Below, one piece after another: positions 47,378 to 59,657 of a stretch of 64,000 nucleotides of DNA. A model generated the notes under the pieces. It saw nothing but the letters and a program-made list of their open reading frames with translations, did not search any database and was not told where the DNA came from. How positions within the stretch are numbered: position 1 is the stretch's first letter; each line of letters starts with the position of its first letter. Both the position numbers and the translations under genes were made by a program. The stretch comes from Laetmonice hystrix (Eukaryota): contig OZ249452.1 in NCBI GenBank assembly GCA_965235115.1, positions 19,096,001 through 19,160,000 on the forward strand, written 5' to 3'.

Positions 47378-47649
47378 CTGGGCCTAGTTTGTCAGGCTTA
47401 AGATATTGCTTAATCTTCTGATTGACTGGTTTGCTGGAACTAGCCAATCAGAAGTGGTAAAGGTAAACAGACGCAGGTGTTTGCGTAACGAGGACTGGGC
47501 AGGGGAGAAACTAGGACTTTAGAAACGAGCGGAGGCAAGGTTCTAGAAGCAGCCCCCCCCCCCCCAAAAAAAAAAGAAGAAGAAAGGTCAATATGGCTAA
47601 TTCTAAGAGTTAGTCGTGTCAGTCAAACCCTAGCGCTCGCTGTAGCCTG

Positions 47650-47855
47650 GGTGACCTTGAGCTGATTGTATCCTGGTGACCTTGACCAGACTGGCTTAAA
47701 TGACCTTGACCTGACTGTGGCCCGGATGACCTTGACCTGACTGGCCCAGATGACCTTGACCTGACTGGCCTAGATGACCTTAACCTGACTGGCCTAGATA
47801 ACCTTGACCTGACTGTGGCCCGGATGACCTTGACCTGACTGGCCTGGGTGACCTG
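47650..47855. repeat. Degenerate ~21-24-bp tandem repeat
   Basis: Units GATGACCTTGACCTGACT(GT)GGCC. Confidence 0.8.
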
Positions 47856-48477
47856 GGGCTGATTTTTGCATGTGAACTTATATTACAGTCAGGACTTACT
47901 CTCTCCTAGCCCGACAGGCAGGGAGTGCCCTGACAGTGGTCCGACCAGGTAGAGACTGTAACACTTTTTTGTTAGTCAAGCACCACTTTGGGCCTGGTCC
48001 TATTTAAAGCTGACCACGCTGTTAGTGTGACAAGGGGCATCACGTGTGGAGAAATGGAAAACAGGCAATAACGTCTCTAGTGCTTAGAAAGAGATCCTAG
48101 CTGTGCCTGTGTTGATATTTTATGGGATTAGTCATTAGATGATAGGATAGGTATGGGGGCTAGCTCTCCCTGGTGTAGGCAATACAAAAAAATACCGGAC
48201 TTTTTTGAAAAGTTAACAGATTTTGGAGGAGCCCCCCCCCGGAACCGGGGGGGGGGGGGTAGTACAATATTTGGATTGTAAATGATACATGGAAACGTCG
48301 TTTCCAATTCTTGTGAGCCCCCCCCGCTTATTAACGATTTCCAGAATTCTGCCCCCCCCCCCAATTGATATCGCAAGTAAAGTCAAACTGTCTGGCTGTT
48401 GCTGCAACACCATCAACATCAACAAAGTTTCCCCCCCTGTACAAAGACCACAGTAAACGTCGTGATCAGTTCAACCG

Positions 48478-48576
48478 GAGACTGGGTCTCCGGAGACTGG
48501 GCATTGTGTCTCTGGAGACTAGGCATTGTGTCTCCGGAGACTGGGCATTGTGTCTCCGGAGACTGGGCATTGTGTA
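48478..48576. repeat. 22-bp tandem repeat, ~4.5 copies
   Basis: Unit GGAGACTGGGCATTGTGTCTCC. Confidence 0.85.
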
Positions 48577-48704
48577 ACACGTTCAATGAACGCCATTATG
48601 TCTGTGTGTCGGTGGTTACTCACTGCGACGATGAACCAGAAATAACATTGCAGGTAAGAAAACTGTTGTCAGTGTCCGATAGCTGTGGGCCTGGCTCCGA
48701 CATC

Positions 48705-49298
48705 CTGCCTTCCCACAGCCAGACTGACCACAGGCTGGCGGGATCCGTGACATCCTGCCTTCCCACAGCCAGACTGACCACAGGCTGGCGGGATCCGTGT
48801 CTCCCTGCCTTCCCACAGCCAGACTGACCACAGGCTGGCGGGATCCGTGTCACCCTGCCTTCTCACAGCCAGACTGACCACAGGCTGGCGGGATCCGTGT
48901 CTCCCTGCCTTCCCACAGCCAGACTGACCACAGGCTGGCGGGATCCGTGTCACCCTGCCTTCCCACAGCCAGACTGACCACAGGCTGGCTGGATCCGTGT
49001 CACCCTGCCTTCCCACAGCCAGACTGACCACAGGCTGGCTGTCTCCCTGCCTTCCCACAGCCAGACTGACCACAGGCTGGCGGGATCCGTGACATCCTGC
49101 CTTCCCACAGCCAGACTGACCACAGGCTGGCGGGATCCGTGTCATCCTGCCTTCCCACAGCCAGACTGACCACAGGCTGGCGGGATCCGTGTCACCCTGC
49201 CTTCCCACAGCCAGACTGACCACAGGCTGGCGGGATCCGTGTCACCCTGCCTTCCCACAGCCAGACTGACCACAGGCTGGCGGGATCCGTGTCATCCT
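48705..49298. repeat. 50-bp minisatellite, ~12 copies
   Basis: Unit CTGCCTTCCCACAGCCAGACTGACCACAGGCTGGCGGGATCCGTGTCACC. Confidence 0.95.
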
Positions 49299-49904
49299 GG
49301 CGGTGGATTGTGGTACCAAACTCGACTTTCAGTGGAAAATCTACTCATTAGCTCATTAGATTCTTCGTGATTTCAATATTTCAAGAATTCTGCCCCCCCC
49401 CCCCCCCCCAAAGTTGTACGAGAATTGTGATATCGCAAGTCAAATCAAACTGTCTGGATGTTGCTGCAAGCGCTGCTACCATGGCAACGCCGGGAGACGC
49501 GCAGGGAGGGCGGGAGGGTGAGGAGACAGTTAGTGGGTGGACAAAGAAAGTCCAGCCGCACGACTCTGCACACAATCCGCATTAAAAAATGGTGGAGATT
49601 TAATCTGGTTGTCTTTAAGCCGGGCGTTCCCCCAAGTAACAGTCATGTGTCAATCTAAACACTGTACAATGTATCCCAGTACAGGGGTGGTAAATCGCCC
49701 GTCATAACTTAAACCCCACGAAATTTGGTGAAAGTAAAGCCCTTAGCCCTGACATTATCCCCACTCCCTAACCCCGGTCCCTACACCCCATAAAAACATG
49801 TTCCTACCCTATCCCTGACCTTAACCTGAACCCCTGCAAAACTGCAGAGAAGTTACCATGGGGGAATAACCGTCACAGGTGTGCACACTGACTAGTCAAT
49901 ACTC

Positions 49905-50028
49905 AAGGACTTTCACCTTTCACTAATCTTCGTAAAGTTGTTCTGGCTCGAGGAGGATTCGAACCCAGATGTGACAGACCCTGTCGGTCAAGAGCCAGAG
50001 GTTCAGACCACAGCGCTACTCAGTTGTC
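49905..50028 (-). mobile_element. tRNA-derived SINE head (second family)
   Basis: On the - strand: A-box-like TAGCGCTGTGG (50018-50008) and B-box GGTTCGAATCC (49965-49955); no convincing cloverleaf. Confidence 0.55.
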
Positions 50029-50998
50029 TACCCCCACTCAGTGTGGATGGCAGTATTTAGCAAACACCGTCCAACGACAGACCGACCAGCCTCACCATAT
50101 ACCTCTCAAGTACTGCACAGTGTATCGAAACTGAAAGGAATGGAGATCTGTCGGACCTAGATTCACTGGTTATGCAGGTCCTAGGTAATCAACTGTGTGG
50201 TATAAGACAATATAATTAAGAAAATACAAATGGATTTAGGTTCAGGTTAGGATCAGGGATAGGATTCTGAAGAAATATTTCCTCAATAAAACCCGCAAAA
50301 ATCCGCTTATAGGCGCACGCGCCTAAAAGTGCGTCAATGCGGTATACGTTCTAGTGCTAGGTTAGGGAGTAGGGGTGGTGGTGCCGGTTTGTAAGGGTCT
50401 CGAGATGGCTCTCGGAATCATAAGCCATGGACGTTTTCTGTAAATCAGCCAGTCAGAATGATGGAAAGAAAAGAACAAGAACAAGAAGGAGGGCGGGGGG
50501 GGGGGGGCGAGCCCGGAGCTGAGGTGAGATCGCCTGTATGTCTCAGGCAATGCCTCCACCCGACGGCCCGATCAGGCATGCCACAGAGCCCTCTGGTGGG
50601 CCGGATGGGAACGAATCTTCGTTGTAGTACTGGTGATGATCACCAGGTGGCAGAGTGCGGCGCTTCCTGGAATAGGTGGAGATAGAGCTCCAGAAAAGAT
50701 GAGGAAAAATGCAATTTTTGTGTTTTAAATTGACTAAGGCGGAACATATTTGGTTTCGAGATAACGTCTGCATTAGATCATCGATAGAAAGTACGAAATT
50801 AGATGTTAAAAAGTCTCAGAATAATAATAAGTATAATCAAATAATTAAATTAAGATCATGAGTCAAAATTCAGAATAAATTAGATTATATAACAATAGAT
50901 ACAATATTAGATTATATAACATACACTATTAGATTATATAACAATATTAGATTATATCACAATAGATAATATTCTGATACTGAACTCGTCCACCTCCC

Positions 50999-51547
50999 AA
51001 CCCAACCCTAGTCGTGTTTACGGAATCCATGACCAGCTCAGACCAGCTCAGTGTCAGTCCCCCAGCCACTAACCCAAACTGACACAGATTGTGAACCCAA
51101 CCCTAGTCGTGTTTACGGAATCCATGACCAGCTCAGACCAGCTCAGTGTCAGTCCCCCAGCCACTAACCCAAACTGACACAGACTGTAAACCCAGCCCTA
51201 GTCGTGTTTACGGATTCCATGACCAGCTCAGTATCAGTCCCCCAGCCACTAACCCAAACTGACACAGATTGTGAACCCAACCCTAGTCGTGTTTACGGAA
51301 TCCATGACCAGCTCAGACCAGCTCAGTGTCAGTCCCACAGCCACTAACCCAAACTGACACAGATTGTGAACCCAACCCTAGTCGTGTTTACGGAATCCAT
51401 GACCAGCTCAGTGTCAGTCCCCCAGCCAATAACCCAAACTGACACAGATTGTGAACCCAACCCTAGTCGTGTTTACGGAATCCATGACCAGCTCAGACCA
51501 GCTCAGTGTCAGTCCCCCAGCCACTAACCCAAACTGACACAGATTGT
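50999..51547. repeat. 85/95-bp tandem repeat, ~6 copies
   Basis: Unit AACCCAACCCTAGTCGTGTTTACGGAATCCAT(GACCAGCTCA)1-2GTGTCAGTCCCCCAGCCACTAACCCAAACTGACACAGATTGTG. Confidence 0.92.
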
Positions 51548-52354
51548 GGCTATGGAACGACTCCAGCCACGGACAACGACAGACTAACCTGACTAAATGT
51601 CTTTCTTCATTGTCAGTGTGGTCAGTGTGCCGCCGTGGGACGGATTGGACGGACATCTGGGTAGACTCACTCACAGACTTGTTTACTCTTGGAGGGACAG
51701 ATACTATTCCTGCAGCAGGGACTGTAGATACAACAGGCTTTATATCATGACATAACACAACGTATGACAAACAAATAGTGATCGATACATTATGAAGATT
51801 AGATTGTTGTGGGCCGTTACTAGGCTGTTGTGGCCGTTCCTAACGGTACTTCCATTTCTATGGGAACGTTATTTTTCAAAGCCAGTCTCAGTAAAGGAAT
51901 AACTATAAATAATGTTGTCCCCAGCGGTCGGAGGCGTTACGTAAATAAAACCATGAGCGTAGCCGAGGTTAGAAGAGCAAGGGCCCTTGGTTGGAAACAG
52001 CCATGGCCACCCTCCTTACAATGGAACACCTCACCATTGACACAAGCCGTTGTTGGCATGGTAACGAGAAAATGTTAATAGTGGTGGGCTGCGGACGGCG
52101 GTCTGCCGGCCCGGTGGTGGTAGCGGCGGCGGTGGCCTGATGGTTAGATTGGATGCCGCCGGCTCGCTGCCGGCACAAACACCACCAGGGTCATCATCGA
52201 TTGGCTGTCTGGCTGCCATGGAAACGACAGCACCGAAGATGGTTAAAAGGGTTGCTGAAAGAAAGTGGTATTGGATAGACCAAAGACCCACCTGAGCAGA
52301 TGTGGTGAGTCGTAGTGTTAATAGACAGCATATGTCCGGGCTCCATGGAGATGG

Positions 52355-52465
52355 TTGCCATGGTGACATGCACCAGAGGCTGGGGTTCCGTAGTGATCGT
52401 TGCCATAGTGACACACACCAGGTTCTGGGTCTATACTATAGTGGTTGTCATGGTGACAGACATGA
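52355..52465 (+). repeat. 111-bp direct repeat, copy 1
   Basis: Identical by eye to 55918-56028. Confidence 0.9.
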
Positions 52466-53006
52466 GATACTGTCTGGGTTCGTGTTTGTGGTTACTAAGA
52501 CGACAGGCATCAAGTTCCTAATTACGGTTGCCATGGAACTGCCTCAGGTTGCCATGGAACTGCCCCAGGTTGCCATGGAACTGCCCCATTATGTCTTTTC
52601 TTTTGTGTCCTAGATGTTAATCACGTGTTAATCGCATTCAATTACGAAGGTGGGGTTGAGTTGATCAGGACATTCTACTGGGGAAGACTTAGAACTTCTA
52701 CAGTTACAAGTTAATTAGGTTAACAGCGTAGATTTCTGGGACGTTGGCCAGGACTGGTAAAAAATTATCACAGCCTCACACCAGCACAACCTCATCAAGG
52801 GTTCTTTCTAACTTGTTTAACCGATGGCGATTATGCTTAGATTCAGAGCTTGGGCTTCCCTGCAAAGTTCGTGAGATTGTACCTTGGGCTATCGGCCCGC
52901 GCTGTTTCATAACGCCCGGTGGAGGTCACAGTGACCTTGAGTAAGGTGTATCTTATTGGAGCTATGTACACAGAGCCATTACGTGACCGTTAATTGGAGA
53001 ACCATA

Positions 53007-53021
53007 CCGCTAGGTGGCGCC
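53007..53021 (+). promoter_or_regulatory. CTCF-like motif
   Basis: CCGCTAGGTGGCGCC consensus match; motif only. Confidence 0.4.
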
Positions 53022-53509
53022 AGTAGTACTGCGGTATGGCAGCTATGGCTGATGGTTGGTCCATTGAAGGGCACTGCCAACGATATTAAGAAACACCCAT
53101 GTGTTGAGAAAGATAAAGTAATATGATCGTTTTAAACCATGTAGGCTTCAATCAGATGTCTTCCCATGCAATGTTAGAAGAGACGCTACGACAAAGGCGG
53201 TGAGATAATACACATACATACATTTGTCGTCCATTTCGATCAACACGAAACTCCATTGGGTCATTGGGACGTGGGCATCCGTTCATGAAGTCACGTGCTG
53301 AAGCTGACGTCACAGACTTCATTCAGTGACGTCATAAATAAGGTGGATGTAGGAAATCGCAGGAATTGAGGGCAAGGACGAGATTTTTCATGGAAAAAGG
53401 AGAGATGGGGAGTTAAGAGTGGAAATTGTACGAAGAAAACAGTTTGGGAGAGGGGAAGTAGCTGACCATCTGCTAATGGTGATGAAGAGTTTGGTTTTGT
53501 AAGGAGACG

Positions 53510-55325
53510 GTAAACAAAACCGTACATTTCCGGACTCCTAGCTAGGATGAAGTAAACAAAACCGTACATTTCCGGACTCCTAGCTAGGATGAAGTAAACA
53601 AAACCGTACATTGCCGGACTCCTAGCTAGGATGAAGTAAACAAAACCATACATTTCCGGACTCCCAGCTAAGATGAATTAAATAAAACCGTACATTTCTG
53701 GACTCCTAGCTAGGATGAATTAAACAATACCATACATTTCCGGACTCCTAGCTAGGATGAAGTAAACAAAACCATACATTTCCGGGCTCCTAGCTAGGAT
53801 GAAGTAAACAAAACCATACATTTCCGGACTCCTAGCTAGGATGAAGTAAACAAAACCGTACATTTCTGGACTCCTAGCTAGGATGAAGTAAACAAAACCC
53901 GTACATTTCCGGACTCCTAGCTAGGATGAATTAAACAAAACCATACATTTCCGGACTCCTAGCTAGGATGAATTAAACAAAACCATACATTTCCGGACTC
54001 CTAGCTAGGATGAATTAAACAAAGCCGTACATTTCCGGACTCCTAGCTAGGATGAAGTAAACAAAACCGTACATTTTCGGACTCCTAGCTAGGATGAAGT
54101 AAACAAAACCATACATTTCCGGACTCCCAGCTAGGATGAATTGAACAAACCCGTACATTTCTGGACTCCTAGCTAGGATGAATTAAACAAAACCATACAT
54201 TTCCAGACTCCTAGCTAGGATGAAGTAAACAAAACCATACATTTCCGGACTCCTAGCTAGGATGAAGTAAACAAACCCATACATTTCCGGACTCCTAGCT
54301 AGGATGAAGTAAACAAAACCGTACATTTCCGGACTCCTAGCTAGGATGAATTAAACAAAACCATACATTTCCGGACTCCTAGCTAGGATGAATTAAACAA
54401 AACCATACATTTCCGGACTCCTAGCTAGGATGAAGTAAACAAAACCATACATTTCCGGACTCCTAGCTAGGATGAAGTAAACAAAACCGTACATTTCCGG
54501 ACTCCTAGCTGAAGTAAACAAAACCCGTACATTTCTGGACTCCTAGCTAGGATGAAGTAAACAAAACCGTACATTTCCGGACTCCTAGCTAGGATGAATT
54601 AAACAAACCCATACATTTCCGGACTCCTAGCTAGGATGAAGTAAACAAAACCGTACATTTCCAGACTCCTAGCTAGGATGAAGTAAACAAAACCCGTACA
54701 TTTCCGGACTCCTAGCTAGGATGAATTAAACAAAACCATACATTTCCGGACTCCTAGCTAGGATGAATTAAACAAAACCATACATTTCCGGACTCCTAGC
54801 TAGGATGAATTAAACAAAACCGTACATTTCCGGACTCCTAGCTAGGATGAATTAAACAAAACCATACATTTCCGGACTCCTAGCTAGGATGAAGTAAACA
54901 AACCCATACATTTCCGGACTCCTAGCTAGGATGAAGTAAACAAAACCGTACATTTCCGGACTCCTAGCTAGGATGAATTAAACAAAACCATACATTTCCG
55001 GACTCCTAGCTAGGATGAAGTAAACAAAACCATACATTTCCGGACTCCTAGCTAGGATGAAGTAAACAAAACCGTACATTTCCGGACTCCTAGCTAGGAT
55101 GAAGTAAACAAAACCGTACATTTCCGGACTCCTAGCTAGGATGAAATAAACAAAACCGTACATTTCCAGACTCCTAGCTAGGATGAAGTAAACAAAACCG
55201 TACATTTCCGGACTCCTAGCTAGGATGAAATAAACAAAACCGTACATTTCCGGACTCCTAGCCAGGATGAAGTAAACAAAACCGTACATTTCCGGACTCC
55301 CAGCTAGGATGAAGTAAACAAAACC
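53510..55325. repeat. 42-bp minisatellite, ~43 copies
   Basis: Unit GTAAACAAAACCGTACATTTCCGGACTCCTAGCTAGGATGAA; contains the 12-bp palindrome TCCTAGCTAGGA. Confidence 0.97.
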
Positions 55326-55543
55326 TTTTCTATTTGTTTTTCACATAAACTGGATGACATTTTGAACTGACTCGGGGTGTAGTTAGGGGCAGGGTGGTAG
55401 ATTTTCTCTGGGAGGGGGGGGGGGTGGATTTTGGGAGGGGCAGGGCGCCGCACTCCTCTGTGGCTTTATAGCAAGGGCTCTGATTTCTTCATGGTAATAG
55501 AATTATTTGCGAGAGCTTGATTTTCTGCATAAAACGATAAGGA

Positions 55544-55834
55544 ATAGTGTATCCATTATGGCTGTGATAGCAATTTCTGTTTCACATGACATTATGTTGG
55601 CTTTGTTGACAACTGACACCTAAGTTATCTTGTCACCGACATAGTGTATCCATTATGGCTGTGATAGCAATTTCTGTTTCACATGACATTATGTTGGCTT
55701 TGTTGACAACTGACACCTAAGTTATCTTGTCACCGACATAGTGTATCCATTATGGCTGTGATAGCAATTTCTGTTTCACATGACATTATGTTGGCTTTGT
55801 TGACAACTGACACCTAAATTATCTTGTCACCGAC
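55544..55834. repeat. 97-bp tandem repeat x3
   Basis: ATAGTGTATCCATTATGG recurs at 55544, 55641, 55738. Confidence 0.93.
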
Positions 55835-55917
55835 GACTATTTTTGGATGATATATACAGTCAGTATATTGAGGACACAAGGCGGACACCCTCCCCCCACC
55901 TCAACAAAACAATACTA

Positions 55918-56028
55918 TTGCCATGGTGACATGCACCAGAGGCTGGGGTTCCGTAGTGATCGTTGCCATAGTGACACACACCAGGTTCTGGGTCTATACT
56001 ATAGTGGTTGTCATGGTGACAGACATGA
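55918..56028 (+). repeat. 111-bp direct repeat, copy 2
   Basis: Identical by eye to 52355-52465. Confidence 0.9.
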
Positions 56029-56240
56029 CCGACCCTGAATCCCCGACATGAAGGAAGTTTATTGAAAGTCGGGTTAACTAGTGGTGTTTATCAGTTGACA
56101 TGAGTGATGTTGTCAACATGGCGCAGGTAGGGACTTATGGTGGTGGGGCATCGATACCTGCTCCGCCAAGCTGTCAGGCTCAGCATCATTATACATGCGA
56201 CATGTCGGGGGAGGGGGCGGGGACGCACAGACAGACGCGG

Positions 56241-56241
<1 letters not shown>

Positions 56242-56295
<54 letters not shown>
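56242..56295. repeat. (CAG)18 microsatellite
   Basis: 18 perfect CAG units inside a CpG-rich island. Confidence 0.95.
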
Positions 56296-56296
<1 letters not shown>

Positions 56297-58948
56297 GCGC
56301 TGATGGCGGATGTAGAGAGGCTGTCGGAGGAGTCTGCCGTCAGGATATCTCCGGCTGTTTCTAACGTCCCCCAGAAACATCCTTCCTCTCCGTACGCCCA
56401 CGATCTAACAGTCAGCCAACATGGCGGCCGGCTGAGCTAGAGTGAAGGACAACGAGACACAGGTACAGATACAGCTGGCGCGAGGCGTCACCTGAACTGG
56501 AGGTGGCGCGCACCAAGACGACAGCCAGGAGGACATGCAGGGCGAGACGCTGTGACGGCGTTCCAACAGCTAGCGTTTGGGCAGCGTTCTGTGACCTTGA
56601 TGTCAGGTCTGTCGTAGCAATGAGATCTGTCCTCATCCTACCGCTGACACGGAATCTCCGCTGGGAACAACTACATCATACTCATCATCATAATCATAGA
56701 ACAAGAAGCGCTGACTGAGAGCGGGGAGTCCCGCCCCGACACGACACGACCGAGTGAGAACGGGCGGGGACAGGATGACGTCGTGTATAAACGTCCCTTT
56801 GTGATCGTCATCAGCATTCAGTCAAGATCTCAGTCACATCAGACACAGGAGGGCTCCAGGGTGGATCAGATCACTGGTGGTGATGATAATTGAGGAGGGG
56901 TAGGCATACAGAAGACGGTGAGCAGACTGGAGGAGCTGGTGGTGGTGGCAGCGGTTCCGTGGCGGTGGTGGTGCTGTGGGCGGCTCCTCCATGGCAACGC
57001 TGGGATAGGCTCGACCGAGGAAATAGATAGGTTCTGTACGATGTGAACAGTTGAAATGTATTCTCAGCTTTTTATCCATGAAAAGAAAATTTTAATTTAA
57101 AAAGATCCTCTCCATTCGTCCCGTGGATTAAAAACAAGATGACGAAGAAGAAATCACTTGCAGACAGTTAGGATTCGAAGGAAGTGTTGACGTATTTGAT
57201 TGGTCGAGCCGGGTGTGTTGACGTATTTGATTGGTCGAGTCGGGTGTGTTGACGTATTTGATTGGTTGAGTCGGGTACCGGCATTTAGAGGTAGAAGGGC
57301 ATTGCCGTGTCGTCAGGTGTATTTAACGTACCTCCAGCAGGGGGTGGAGGGTGCCACCCAGGTGGGGTACAGTCATACCCCCAACCCCTCACAAGACCTG
57401 GAGTGTATTGCGGCACAATGACGTCGATAGGGCACTGCGAGTATCCAGCGTTCAGCCTTGACGCATTCTGCGGGACCAGATGTCAGAGATGGCCACCAGA
57501 GGGGGCTGTGTAACGTGCGGCCTTGGTGTCCCTGACAACCATTAACAGATGGCTTTACCTGCGTCTGTTCTGACAGCAGGTGTCTGACAGTTGCAGAACG
57601 CCGTTACACCGTCATCTGCGTTCATTGAGCCTTTTTTGAGATGATAGATGCATTCTTGCCTAGTTGACCTGGTTTGACCTCTGACTGACTCCCAAGGTCA
57701 CTTGATCTGAGCTCAGGATAAACTTTGATCTAACGTCCCCCCCCCCTTTTAAAGTGGACCGATCCGTAGATGGGACAGGGATGGTGGTATACTGACTGGA
57801 GGGTGGCGTAGATCAAGATCAGGTGACAGTAAGGTTTCACACTCAGACACGGCAGTGAAGGTCTGTGCCGCTGCTGATTGGTCGATCAACATGCCGACAG
57901 AGCGATGGGTACTAAATGTCAAACGGCCAACCCTGTGAAACGGAATGGTGAGAAGGAAATTGGTTGATGGCATTAAGGCATGGAAGGAAACTTCCACACA
58001 CTAACCTGGCCATCAGCAAAAATATGGGACTGACTCAGATTGACAGCTGCTGCTAAAACAGAACTCGGTACTGTCCAGACATCGTTATCTGGGGTCCAGT
58101 ACTACCATATCGTGAACGTTTGTGTCATTGTCAGACAGAGACTATGGATTATCCCACCTTCCATGGAAACCTCATCAGAAATGAAGGTTGACAAGGTAAC
58201 AGCGTTGAACTTTGAACTTTAACCTTGACCTGTGCACTTTAACTTTGACCGTGGCCATGCGGTATGGGGCGTATGTGGGCGACTACAACATGGGGCGAAT
58301 CAAGAGGGCATTGTCTGACCTGACCGACCTTGAGTCTGCTGTGGTAAATATGCGCTTATTCATAATACTTCAGTGAAGTACAGGGTCATTTTTAAAAAAT
58401 GTTAATATAGAAAATGTTTACACTTTGAAGCAGAGCTTTTAGATATCAGATCATATTCTTCCAATTTTTAAAGTCACGGATAAAAGTTGGTGATCGTGAC
58501 CTTGCAGCAGCGGTTGTCAGTTTGTCTGGTGGAGAACGCCAGAGTACATGAAGAAAACCACCGACTTTGCAACAAGTCATCTCATAATGGATAAACATAG
58601 GTGTGGAAATGGGGAAGAACCTTCATGTAATAATAATAATAATAATAAATGACATTGAGCATCTGATGTCAGTTAATAAATGACATTGAGCATCTGATGT
58701 CAGTTAATAAATGACATTGGGGATCTGAAGTCAGTTAATTTGGGTCCTGGGAGAACCTTATTTTGCAGATTTGTAATATTACGGAGCGAAGTTCTGGTAC
58801 GAGTGGGAATTCATAGTAGGAATGGTATTTTATGGTATGAATTGGATTTTGTGGTATGAATGGTATTTTATGTTATGAATTGGATTATATGGTATGAATG
58901 GAATTTATGGTACGAGTGGGAGTTTCGTTATGAATGCGTGAAGTAAAC

Positions 58949-58978
58949 TTTTTCTATTTTGTGTCTTTCCAGGTAAGT
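58949..58978 (+). other. Recursive-splice-like site (polypyrimidine-CAG|GTAAGT)
   Basis: TTTTTCTATTTTGTGTCTTTCCAG|GTAAGT: a strong acceptor immediately followed by a consensus donor. Confidence 0.45.
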
Positions 58979-59657
58979 GTGGCTGAATTCATTCCATGCT
59001 GGACGAGTTGGTGAATTTACAACCTTGGAAAGAAGCTAAGACTTTATATAATATTTAGTCATCTCTCAGAATGCTTGGGAACATGATTAATCTGTAGTTT
59101 CCCCATGATATTATATGATACATGATATTATTTGATATTATACAGGTAGACTCAGGGAGGGGTGGGGAGGGGGTGATATTACCGGGTATACAGGTAGAGT
59201 CAGGTACGGAGGTAGGCGCTCCCGTATTTTGCCGCCACAGAATGGCCGGGCCGCGGTCCCAGCCGAATACATGTGTACTGACGCCAGTGGAGACGCCTGT
59301 TTGTCTGTCACTCGCCACTCTCCGCTCACAGGTGTGCTTGTCTTTGTAAATAAGCCGAGCCGGTGACAAGGGGGTTATTGGCGGAGAGATACAGCGGACG
59401 GAGATTGCTCTGCTTGGAGAGGGGAGGTGGTTCCGGTCATAAACCACTGTCATATTTCATACAGCGCGGGTGGCGCGGTTAGGCGCTCCCGTATAGGTAG
59501 CAGGCATAGGTAGCAGGAATTGACTTTGAGATAGCTAGCTCTGCTGGGTGGAAATTGGGAGAAAAATGTATTTTTAACTTATCATTCCATTTAATTGAAG
59601 TGTGAATCCCGATCTAAGAGAAGAACGTCGGCTGTGGTAGAAACTGGAACTGCCTCG

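Noticed and set aside
48616-49223. Repetitive ORFs across the 50-bp array
   Set aside because: The unit is not a multiple of 3; the ORFs cycle through frames.
53291-55289. (MYGFVYFILARSPE)n ORFs
   Set aside because: The 42-bp unit is a multiple of 3, yet frames are repeatedly broken by indels and stops; no selection for coding.
56137-56364. Poly-Q/poly-A/poly-S ORFs over (CAG)18
   Set aside because: All three frames are short and open only because of the repeat.
56503-56718. ORF beginning MARTKTTARR, resembling the histone H3/CENP-A N-terminus
   Set aside because: The start codon is GTG (Val in a eukaryote), similarity stops after ~10 residues, and no histone fold follows.
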